DNA of 64,000 bases. It comes from Lytechinus pictus. Lineage: Eukaryota. Made by a program: the position numbers and the translations under genes. The notes beneath the pieces were generated by a model. It saw nothing but the letters and a program-made list of their open reading frames with translations. It had not been told where the DNA came from and made no database searches. Numbering within the stretch: position 1 is the first letter of the stretch; each line of letters opens with the position of its first letter. Shown in pieces: positions 53,257 to 64,000 of the stretch. Where the stretch lies: the NCBI RefSeq assembly GCF_037042905.1, contig NC_087251.1, positions 1,924,001-1,988,000 of the forward strand. Reading direction: 5' to 3'.

Positions 53257-53593
53257 CCCAGGGGGGGGGGGGGGGTTTACAGTGACAAGTGGATACCACG
53301 TTTTTTCTCCAAAAAACATGTAAAGAGGACGTCTTTTTGAAGATAGGGCACGTTACGTACGTAACATAAGAGTGTCAAAAACACAATAATAATGAAAAAA
53401 GGCTATCTATTTTGCTAAGAAAACTATGTGTTTAGGGTCAAATTTGTGGGGATGATAAAACAAAATTAAAATGTTTTATAAAGGATTTGCAGTTTCAGAA
53501 TATGGAAAATACTTGTTTAGGGTGCTTTTCGAGACCCCATGGTCCAAATGGTATCCACTCGTAAATGAAAGTGCCCCCCCCCCCCCCCCCCGG
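53257..53593. mobile_element. MITE with CCC(G)n / (C)nGG ends
   Basis: Inverted AGTGGATACCA / TGGTATCCACT next to G- and C-runs. Confidence 0.55.
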
Positions 53594-54759
53594 CTCTGCT
53601 ATGCATGCGAGACAAAAAAAATGGAAGTTTAGAAGTGTACATAAACACTTTCATTCTATATCTTTGGCACCTTTGGCAAGACATTTTCAGATATCTAAGT
53701 GTATCAGAGATAGACAATAAATCCCAATCCATGAAATGATGAATTAATACATCACTGTTTTCATCAATTATCCGTAAACAGCAAAAAACTGGCCCCCGAA
53801 TTATTGTCTATATAACTTTAAATCTTTGTTAAAAATTTCAACACAAAAAAAATAAACTGCTGGTCCTGAGGATTTCGATATAAAAAGTGTCATCTGTTTA
53901 AAAAAAATATTTTTACATTAAGCACCATCTCTGGCAAGATTTAATTTCAGTCATCTATGAAGTTCTTAGTAAATTAGAACAATTTCAATTGAACTGCAAC
54001 TTTTGATAACCCAGTATTGTCACTTTGTGAACTAGATACTTGATAAAATGCAAGAGCACCAGTTACACCTTCACCTGTATCTTTATGGTAACACACCTGT
54101 GTCCTCTTTAAATACCTTCTTACACAACAGCAATATAGTACCTTTCTAGTGAATTCACTTATACCAATATATCTCCCTTGGGTACATTTATTTGTACATG
54201 TAGCATGTGATCCACTAAATAGAATAATTAACAAAGATGAAGTTCTGTGTCCATTACAAAGGTTCTTGTTTGATACATAACATCAAATTATTTGACAACA
54301 AATAATATTGGAATATCCTGAAGAGTTGCATATTGGTCTTGTAAGTCTATCTTACCAAAAAAATGAAAGTTCAAAAGTCTGCTTGAACAATTTCATTCGA
54401 AATCTTTGGCACCTTTGGCAAGATATTTTCAGATATATACCTGTATCAGAGATAGACCATGAATCCCGATCCCTGAAATAATGAAAGCACACTGTCATAA
54501 CAAACGCGTTATATTGAAATACTTGTAGCAGCAAAATTCCGGCCCCAAATTATTGCCTTCTTATAAACTTTAAATACTTTGACTCTTTGGTTACAATGAA
54601 TTCCAACACAAGTATTGTTAAAGAATTATCAAAGATGAAGTTCTGTGTCCTTTTTCAACGATTATGGTTTGATACACAAAAAACATAAAATAATTTGACA
54701 ACAAATAAAAATGAATTATCAAATTGACATTTTGGTCCAAAGTCTACCAAGCAAAATAA

Positions 54760-55510
54760 TACAAGGCAGAAGCGAGGTTGTCTCTCACATACTTGTGATG
54801 GTAACCAAAAATATTCTGATTTGCTAAGGCATGCAACAGAATTATATCAAAAGAACATTGTAAAATAACTGGGATTGAATACCATTTTGACATAAAGAGT
54901 CTTGCACATTAACTTTAATGGTGACCTCAAATGACCTTTGACCTTACCATGAGCACAATAACATGCAGGTCTCCTAAGTACAGCTACAACGTAAGTTTGC
55001 TTCATAAGTGACGGAAAGTTGCGGAGTTCTGTCATAATAATGACCTAAAAATGACCTTCTGCGTTACCATGTGACCTCTGAACACAACATGCAGGGTTTT
55101 TTCTTAAGGACAGCTACAACCCAAGTTTGGTTCATAAGTTACTTATGGTTCCGGAGTTATGTGTCATAAGAGTCTTGCACGTTAGCTTCAATGCTGACCT
55201 GAAAAAGACCTTTGACCTTACCATGTGACCTCTGACTGCACCATTACATGCAGGTCTCTTAAGAACAGCCCAAGTTTGGGTGAAAAGTGACATGTGACAT
55301 AAAGAGTCTTACACATAAACTTTAATGTTGACCTCAAATGACCTTAACATGTGACCTCTAACTGCAGCATTACATGCAGGTTCCTTAAGGACATCTACCG
55401 TCCAAGTTTGGTTGAAAAATGAAGATAGATTGCGGAGTTGCTATCATGTTTGTGAAGGACAGACATTTGGATCCCTTAGTCTCGCCTTCACCTCTGGTGG
55501 GCAAGAAAGA
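54760..55510 (-). mobile_element. Degenerate Helentron-associated element with TGACCTTTGACCT repeats
   Basis: ~145-bp internal repeats and DINE-like ends. Confidence 0.6.
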
Positions 55511-55961
55511 AATGCATGGTCATTGGCACTTAAGTAAATATAAAAATATGACTGCAGATCTCAAATGAATGGATGACTCGAAACCAAATGATGTTTGGAA
55601 GAGGCATAACAATTTGAAATACAATGAAGATGTGAAGTATATTTGAAGACTTGCATGGTGGTATGAATAATCACAGCAGTGGTTTATTGTACACCTGAAA
55701 CTCCACTCTGACTCAAGCTTATCTTGTCTACTTGGCCTCTCTCACCTCTCCATCAGCCTTTTACTCAAGCCTGTCACTGTGACTACATCTACTTTCAGGA
55801 TTACAACCCATCTTTTTAATGGTTACTCTCATTTCTGAAATAAATTCTTATTCTTTACCCTACACTTTTCTCTAATTCACTTTCACTTCTATCCACCTTC
55901 ATAATTCCTTTCCATGACTAGAGATGGTGCATCCAAACCACTTCCACTCAATGAAATCCAG

Positions 55962-56200
55962 TTAAACCTGTCCAAAACCAGGTGCATTCTTAAGACCGAA
56001 CACCATATCCTTTATAAATGCCTCGGCTCCAGCACACTTGCGATTGATTTGTAGCTCAAGTGAGCAAGTCGAAACGTGAGGTAGCATGTTGTTGTGAAAC
56101 TTGATGGTCGGTACCATGTCAAACCCACCTAGCGGTATGCACCTTGCCCCACAGAAAAACTGCAAGAAATCCTCCAGGGTGAGACCTTCCACCTCAGGAT
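55962..56200 (-). CDS. HECT-domain E3 ubiquitin ligase (G2E3-like), last exon (C-lobe with catalytic Cys)
   Basis: Acceptor AACAG; DPEVEGLTLEDFLQFFCGARCIPLGGF...LPHVSTCSLEL...NAPGFGQV* shows HECT C-lobe features (L.F..G...P..GF, LP...TC, terminal GF). Confidence 0.88.
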
Positions 56201-57827
56201 CTGTTAATAAAAGATTATATAATAAGAAAAATTACCGTTGACCTATGAGCCCATCAATCCAAAGGTAGATCAGATAATTTTATCTCTCGCATACATAAAT
56301 TATGTGGACATTTAAAATTTATCTGTACAAAGAATCCAATTTACATATGCAATAGCCTCTATTGCAAGAAGGTAAGCTACTGCTGACAGGCAAGAATGCA
56401 GTTTTGTGATATGAGACATCACCCTTTCAGCCTATGGGGTCAGTGAATCTAACTTTTTTTATGGAAATTATTACAGACCATTTAAAAACTGAATTAAACA
56501 CTAAATTAATTGTGCAGAGAAATTAGAATGAAAAATAAATCACCCTTTGATGAATTTCATCTCCAATAAACTTTGTACACAAAGTATAACAAGTGGAATG
56601 CCTCCGGCCGTCTCACCTGCATCACGCGATTCAATATAGCAGCAGTGCTGATTTTGAAAACTACTATAACTCGCACAAGATGTTCAGTGATACTTGGTTA
56701 CTCTTATTTCCACGTTTTATGAACTAGACCAATATACTTACAAGAGTTATGATGGATATTCAACAAATACCCACAATATGGCCAAAGTCCATTGACCTTT
56801 GACCTTGGTCATGTGAACTGAAACTCAGGCAGGATGTTCACTAATACCTGATTAACCTTATGTCCAAGTTTCATGAACTAGATCCCCCCCCCCCATGGAC
56901 TCAGATCTTGGCAACTAATGTACCGATCGACAAAAAAATTGGCACAGACATAAAACATGTCAAGAATACAAATAAGAACAATTTTGAATAGGTAAATTTT
57001 TGACAATTTTGGGGGAAATTTAGAAGATCATGCATGTAAATTAATTTTAAATGACTTAATTTCTTAAGGTTTTCTGTAAAAATACTTTCAAATTATGAAA
57101 TTTATCATATCTATGTTTTTCATACAGAACAAAAGTATCCCTAATTTGCATTAAATATGCAAATATACTTGAGAATCACAATATTTGCTTATTTATTTTG
57201 TATTTCATTGTTGCTATTCATATTTTTTTTTCATTGTTTATAAGTTTTTGTTAAGAAAATTTTATCTCTAAAGTGTATGAAATGAATTAAATAAAAAAAA
57301 TATCAAAAATTCAATTCAATGTTACAATTATAAGATATCTGAGTTACATGGCATTGGATAGATGAATTACACAGAAACCTGTACAAAATTTGCATTTTTT
57401 TTTGTGACAGTCAACCAAATATCAACCTCTGAAATCAGTTCTTCATGTCCGACTAGACTCGATTATATATCATAATATGCGGGAGACTTTAGAAAAAAAA
57501 GTCACAAATTTTGAATGCTAAATTCAAATCGGTCTATATAATTAAGTGCATGGCAAAAAAAACGGGGGGGGGGGTGGTCATTTTAGGATTAGGGTTAATC
57601 ATCATAATTGCCATCTTAAGTCTGTACACTAAAATATGAAAAATATTGTTGTTTATTTTCCAAGAAAAAAATCATGACCCATGCGGTCCACCAGGGCCCC
57701 ATTTAGGTGCCCATCTTGAATTTTCATGAAAATTGTAATTGTTTACTTGTTTGTTAAACATATTTACAGAGTTCTGGTAAATCCATTACCTTTCCTTTAT
57801 AATTATTCTGTTTCCTCCCAAATTTAC

Positions 57828-57995
57828 CTGCGGTTCCACATTTCTGCAAGAATTCGATAAAGAACATGGTGGTTGCCTCCTCCTCAGACCTGGCATTGCT
57901 GCCTGCAAGGCTGTAGATTGGCTGAAACAGATCAAAAACCGTGTTGGCGTCCAGAGGCTTTGTTTCCTGTCTGCCAAACAGGCTTCTGAAGCAAT
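57828..57995 (-). CDS. HECT E3 ligase exon (not in the ORF-track frame)
   Basis: TTTTCTAG acceptor, CAG|GTAAAT donor, 168 nt, phase 1-1; DCFRSLFGRQETKPLDANTVFDLFQPIYSLAGSNARSEEEATTMFFIEFLQKCGTA (F.P.YS..GSN.R..EE motif). Confidence 0.88.
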
Positions 57996-58188
57996 CTAGA
58001 AAATAGGGTGCACAGAGAATAAGTTTTAAAGTATTAAGCTGTCACATAACTTATATAAGTGTTGTGTCTTAGGAAATTGTTAACACTGATATCAAAGGTA
58101 TATTGTATATATACAGTATAATATCTTGCATATTATTATTATAAGATATTTATTATGACTAGGAAGCTCATATTGAACTGAAAGTTAA

Positions 58189-58783
58189 AGGGGAATCCAG
58201 CCTTGGCCATAAAATGTTGTGATGAGAAGGAGAAAAATAAATTAAACAGAATGGTGAAAGTTTGAAAGAAATCCGACAAGCAATAAGAAAGTTATAGCTG
58301 CTTTAAAATTGAGATCACTAATACTATGTAGATTTCAAATTGGCAACTGGGTAAGTAAATTATGACAAGGGGCAAGGACAACTTTCCCATAGGCCATGTA
58401 CTTTATTATCAGGGATTTGTGGTTTTCTTCTAAGTACCCATTCCCCCGGGGGCAGTAATCTAAATATAACCCAGGTAGTATATTGTTTTATTTCCTCATG
58501 AAATAAAAATATAATTTGAAATAAAACTTTTGGGAAAAATGATATTTTAGCCATAATATGTATTGGAGTACATGGAAGAGTAGTCCTTGCCTTACATCAC
58601 TATGACATCCCATATGCGGCCAGTTTGGAATCTCCATGGGTATAGTGATTCCCAATATTTACAACTTTTAAAAATTCATAACTTTCTTATTGTTTGTCCA
58701 ATATTGTTCAAACTTTCACCTATCAATTTGTCTGATTTTTCTTTTCCTTATGAAGACAAGTTTTATTTGGGTTGGATTCCCCT
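58189..58783. mobile_element. Kolobok-type MITE
   Basis: TIR AGGGGAATCCA, TTAA flanks. Confidence 0.87.
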
Positions 58784-58787
58784 TTAA

Positions 58788-59370
58788 AGGAGAATGAAAC
58801 TCTCGGAGCAAGTTAGCTTTTGTGAAAGCAGAAAAATCAAAGAATAAGATCAACAAAACTTTGAGTAAAATAGGACTAGCAATAAAAGAGTTATGAGCAT
58901 TTGAATGTCGAGATCACTAATGCTATGGAGATCCTCCCATTGGCAATGCGACCAAGATCTGTGATGTCACACACGTACAACTCTCCCATTTGGACACTGA
59001 AAATATACCCCAAAACATCTCTTTTTGCTCACTCTAATCATATGACAAACGATTCATCAATGATATAATGTTGTGAAACCTCTGTACTTGTCATCTCATA
59101 AAGAGAACACCTCACCTTGTGATAGACTCTATAAAGGTGAGAATATCAGTGAAATAAGTACTAAAGTAATGAGGGAGTTGTACGTGTGTGATATCACAGA
59201 TCTTGGTCGCATTGCCGTTGGGAGGATCTACATGGCACTAGTGATCTCAATATTCGAATGCTCATAACTTTCTTATTATTCATTCAATCTCCCTCAAACT
59301 TTCAACAATATGTTTCTTTGATTTTTCTCTTTGATATGGATTCAGCTGGTTTCAAGGGTTTCATTCTCCT
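58788..59370. mobile_element. Kolobok-type MITE abutting the previous one at a shared TTAA
   Basis: TIR AGGAGAATGAAAC, TTAA flanks. Confidence 0.88.
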
Positions 59371-60234
59371 TTAAGCGAGGATATGAGAATCTTCATTTAT
59401 AAAACAAACCCTTTTAACACTGCAAGCTCTCTTTGTTAGAGGATTGCCATAAAATGTCTTCGGACTATCAAAATTGCGGCTCGACCCCCATTGAAGCTAT
59501 TTGGAGTTGTAAATTTGGATGAAAACGTTTATTTTCAGTAACTGATGCAAATTCTAAAATTCACATCATGAAGACACCCCGCCCCCTTTTATATTTCTAA
59601 GTTTCCGCCATGCAAAATCTTGTGACTGGGCCGTTTTACTTTCAATACTTGCGCAACTTTTGAGACCAAATTTGTTGTGCCTGCACCTACCGTATTTAAA
59701 CTACGCCCCTTCAAAAAAAAAATGTCAACCTCAAAATTGCTCATAAACGTACGGTTATTTTTTGCAATGTTAATGCAAATTGAGTTTCCACATCTTACTT
59801 ATATTTTCTCTTTCATTGGCTGAAATTCATTTATTTTAGCATAATTATGCCTCAAAGTGGTTCCAAAATAAATTTTAGCAAAAAAGTCAAAACACAAACA
59901 AATACATAAGAGATTTATAAAATAATAAAATACCTAAGAAATAAACTTTGATGCCTATTTTTTTTTTAATGAAACTTTTAGGAATGATACAAAGAATATT
60001 TACACCTATAATGAGCATTCTATGGACCTTATCGACTTAGATAAAAGAGTATATTTTGTGCATAAATAAGCATAATTAATTAATATAAAATAACAAAAAA
60101 TATTTCAGAAATGCTAACTATACATTCTTGTAGATTACATTGCACACTACCATTCCTTGAAGTTTTAACGCTATCGTGCAATTATGCCCCCCCCCCCCCC
60201 GGGTCTTTCAGGGTTAATAGTTAGCAACACAAAC

Positions 60235-60457
60235 CTGGATTCTTCCTGGCAAAATCCTTCGCCCCGTAGAAGTTTAGCCCGAGTAACATTTCATCAATGG
60301 CAGCTTTGTTAGTGTAGTATGTGTACTGGATGGTGGCTGCCCTGACCACCTCTGCCTTGTTGTCTATGTTGATGATTTTGGTCCAGCAAAGATCATCGAC
60401 AATGGTGCACGCATCAAGGGCTGTCGTCAGCTCATCGTCTGTGGTTGCGTCATGGAT
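60235..60457 (-). CDS. HECT E3 ligase exon
   Basis: CTACAG acceptor, CAG|GTTTGT donor, 223 nt, phase 0-1; IHDATTDDEL...KAAIDEMLLGLNFYGAKDFARKNP. Confidence 0.85.
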
Positions 60458-60561
60458 CTGTAGTTGACAATATACCACAGATAAGAAATTACTAGCACAA
60501 TAAGACTGCTACATTATAGTCTAAGGGGCTGGGGGGGGGGGGGGGTTCCAGCTAAGTAAGT

Positions 60562-61400
60562 AAACAAGTGGAACGCCTCTGGCAGTCTCGCCTGCATTAC
60601 GCAATTCAATATAGCAGCAGTGCTGACTTTGATGGTTAACGTTCGTTCATTTACCCTAAATGACCTTTGACCTTGATCATGTGACCTGACACTGATGCAA
60701 GCTAATCAGCAATACTTGCTTAACCTTTTGTTCAAGTATCATGAAAATCATGATGGCCTTTATACTTTTAAAGTTATGACATTAAAAAAAATAACTTAAC
60801 CACGGTCCAAGTTCATTGACCCTAAATGACCTTTGACCTTCATCATGTGATCTGGAAACTCATGAAGGATGATCAGTGATACTTGGTTACCTTTATGTCC
60901 AAGTTTCATGAACTAGGTCCATAAACTTCTAAAGTTATGATGAACATTAAAAAAAAGAGTATATTCTAAGTTCATTGACCCTAAATGACCTTTGACCTTG
61001 ATCATGTGACCTGAAAACTCATGCAAGATAATCAGTGATAGTTGGTTACCCTTATGTCCAAGTTTCATGAACTAGCTCAATATACTTCCTAAGTTATGAT
61101 GACATTTCAAAAACTTAACCTTTGTTAAGATTTCAATGCTGATGCCCCAAACATGGCAAAAGTTCATTGACCCTAAATGACCTTTGACCTTGATCATGTG
61201 ACCTGAAACTCATGCAGGATGATCAGTGATAGTTGGTTACCCTTATGACTAAGTGTCATGAACTAGGTCCATATACTTCCTAAGTTATGATGACATTTCA
61301 AAAACTTAACCTTGGTTAAGATTTCATTGTTGACGTCGCCGCCGCTGCCGTCAGAAAAGCGGCGCCTATAGTCTTGCTCTGCTATGCAGGCGAGACAAAA
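60562..61400 (-). mobile_element. Helentron-associated element (complete); fragments of the family at ~52086-52202 and ~56588-56880
   Basis: subTIRs GTCTCGCCTGCAT / ATGCAGGCGAGAC, terminal hairpins, internal TGACCTTTGACCT repeats. Confidence 0.85.
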
Positions 61401-61559
61401 ATAGGGGGCTTCGGAGCAGAGAGAGCTGAACTTTGATTGTAACTAGAGCGTCAATGACGTAGCGATCATTCGGCGTCCGGCTAAAGTAAATGGCGCAATT
61501 CTCAAGTCAGTCGCATTCCGAATTTGTTTTGTGACAAAAGTTGCATAAATTATCCTAAT

Positions 61560-61911
61560 TAATGATCAGAACAAAATTTCAAAATTCTATGTAGAATTTT
61601 TATTCGCTTTCCCACAGTTCTGCCATGTAAATCAATTGGAATCTAAATCGGGTAAAGAAAATGCAAAGAAGAAGCATTTAGAAAATGCAAAGAAGAAGCA
61701 TTTAGAAAATGTGGACGGATGACGTATGCCACGCCACGGCCCCGGGAGGGGGGGAGGGGCACTCACGTATAAAGGACCCCTAAGGACCCGTTTTCTCAAG
61801 GGTATTGTTTCAGATTTTCGGGCCGCACACCCCTACCTTTTTCAAATCTCAGTGCCCGGCCCCCCCACGGCATTGAGCTCATCGAGCCCTTTGGGCCGGA
61901 TGAGCTAAAAA
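61560..61911 (-). mobile_element. Fragment of the 21343-type Helentron-associated family with a small nested insert (~61741-61865)
   Basis: GAGCTCATC...GCCGGATGAGCTAAAAA end; insert flanked by a CACGGC repeat. Confidence 0.6.
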
Positions 61912-62505
61912 TGGGGGTCTCTGAACGGGATCGCATAACTATATGACATGTTCGTAGCTAGAAAAAGTGGGTTTCTGGAGCTGCAGATTGATTCTGAAAT
62001 CATGATGCTCCAGAGCTGATTAATCGGGGTTGAAACAGGGAACTCAACCACAGCAAAGAAGTATCACACAATTATACTGTTGTCTATAATAGCTATAACA
62101 TTGCAGAGAGTACCTAGATTTTCACCAAAATAAATCTGCACATCAGATTCAAGCAAAATACATCAACGCTCAGTGGTATGTCTGATGGCTGTGAATACTG
62201 CAGTGCTTACTTGTAACATGGAGCCATGCAGCTCCTACTACTCGTGTCGATACTAAACCTGGAATTGTGACTTGATTTGACCAGAGTCAAAATGACTTGC
62301 AACTTGGCTTAATTGGACCTGACCTATGGGCAACTGACTTGGAAACTTGGCTTGTCCTATGGCCAAAAGACTTGTGACCTAACTTGAGACTTGAACTGGG
62401 ACTTGCAAACAACACTGGTATTCCTAGCTAGCCTTTAGTTTTTCTCTGTGTATGAGAAGGAAAAATAACCATAATTTTACTTTTTTTTCATTTCATCACC
62501 ATTAC

Positions 62506-62726
62506 CTTCTGGACACTTGCACGCTTTCCATCATCAGGAATGAGATCAATCGCCCATGTGCACTCAGTTGCTGAGTCTTTGAGTACAATCTCTGCCAACA
62601 TTGGGTTAAGGAAGGAGACACTCTGTCTGGCATGGAGCACTATTGCTCCCAGGATCTTACCCAGTGCCCTCATCTCTCCATTTATCAGCCTGGAAGTGGA
62701 AGTAAGTGTTGAGGGTACCATTTTGC
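62506..62726 (-). CDS. HECT E3 ligase exon (N-lobe); upstream exons presumably outside the window
   Basis: TTGCAG acceptor, AAG|GTAATG donor, 221 nt, phase 1-0; GKMVP...MRALGKILGAIVLH...FLNP...IDLIPD. Confidence 0.85.
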
Positions 62727-64000
62727 CTGCAATATTAAAATAAAAGAATGGCAAGTCAAATTATTGCGCATTCAACATTGTTTTTCCTTGCAGACTATCA
62801 AGAGTTAGACACATACATGTAAATCAATTAGCATGGCAATTTGAAATGATTGCCAACTTTTATTACAAATACATGTACAAACTGCATGAACACAGGCTTT
62901 AATGACCAATAATTCAGATGATTTACCTCGTACAAGCTGCTTTGTCATTCAAATTACAATAGTCATATAGTTACTAATACTACTACTACTACTACTTCTA
63001 CTACTACTACTGCTCTTCTTGACAAAGTTTCACTGCCGGACATCGGGCGCAAACAAAGACAGATTTATATCTCCACTCGCTCATTGTGCATGATGTGGGC
63101 CAGGCCTGAGCTGCATGGGGAAACCCCAGATCTGGACATTGTGACGCATGTACATGGGCAATATCAGATACTGTTTATTGACCTACAAAGTAGCCGTCCA
63201 CATAAATGAGAAACCTCACCTGTATTTAAAATACCTCTCCACAATTGGACGGGTTTGCCATTTATCATATGCACGTAACGTACTATGGAAACGTACATGG
63301 GTATAACACTGCGCTAGCTGGACAGGTCGCAATCGCCTACACGCTGTAGCTATTAAAGTGCTTACCATGCCTATTTGCCAAATATGCCTAGTGCGATGTT
63401 CGTAAGCGCATTGCTTATTGTACTAATAGTTCAATCATTGAATGACTTGCCGCTCGCAATATAGCTAGATCCCTCGTATAGTATCCGATCAAATAGTTTT
63501 TCTTTGTTATAATGCACTGAAAATGACCTTGTTATAACCAAAATCTCAAAATAATCGAGCTCTTTCTAAACAGCTCCCCTTGTCATAAAATAACATGAAA
63601 AGAAAAATGGGACCACGTACCAAGATCACCTCGTTCAAAGCGGGCTCTCGTTATAAATATAAGTGAGCTTGTTTTTACAGGGTTTTCCTGTAACATGCAA
63701 ACATGGGGTGTTGTTGTTGGTGAATTTATTGTTTCAAATAATACTGGAATAATCTTAAAATTGTAATATGGTTATAATTGAAAATGCAATTGAAACTATT
63801 ATCAGAGACAGTCTGCTGTTTCGTCTGATTTGTTACTGTTGCTTGTTTATTGTACAGTTATTTTTGACCTGCCAAAAAAGGCTTTTGTGTGCTCTTGGTG
63901 TCATCTTAAGTCTCTGAAGTTTGAAGTACAATAAAAGTCCCATATGTGTATATTGAGAGCTCATGGACTCCATAATGTTCAATACAGCATGCATGATTTA

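Larger units (their letters stand above)
39246..64000 (+). mobile_element. Probable large IS3EU-type DNA transposon (left end in window, right end presumed beyond 64000) carrying a transposase and a HECT ligase gene
   Basis: TATGG terminus at 39246, subterminal repeat array, CpG island, IS3/IS481-like integrase-core gene and a convergent second gene. Right TIR and TSD are not visible. Confidence 0.6.

Noticed and set aside
57786..57977. 63-aa ORF from the track (MADRKQ...)
   Set aside because: Wrong frame; the HECT exon 57828-57995 reads in another frame.
62727..64000. Further HECT exons
   Set aside because: No convincing spliceable open frame seen; the region looks like repeat fragments in an intron.

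Overview
AT-rich, intron-containing animal genomic DNA. The repeat content looks echinoderm/sea-urchin-like, which is an inference. From left to right: (1) the last three coding exons of a CYP46A1-like cytochrome P450 (+). Its 7.7-kb intron holds a 5'-truncated CR1/L2-group LINE, itself interrupted by a hAT-type MITE and by another LINE tail. (2) A 4.85-kb foldback (MULE-like) element with a 9-bp TSD, sitting just upstream of a probable promoter. (3) A candidate spliced gene whose only convincing ORF is a 54-aa MGNC-type (myristoylation-motif) microprotein, followed by a probable very long 3' UTR. (4) Many MITEs (Kolobok, Harbinger, Tc1/mariner, Helentron-associated), a tRNA-derived SINE and minisatellites. 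(5) From about 39246 to beyond the window end, a probable large IS3EU-type DNA transposon locus: a TAYGG terminus, a 15-bp subterminal repeat array, a CpG island, an intact two-exon HTH + DD34E integrase-core transposase (+), and a convergent multi-exon HECT-domain (G2E3-like) E3 ubiquitin ligase (-) that keeps its catalytic Cys. All family assignments come from motif and structure recognition; no database searches were run.
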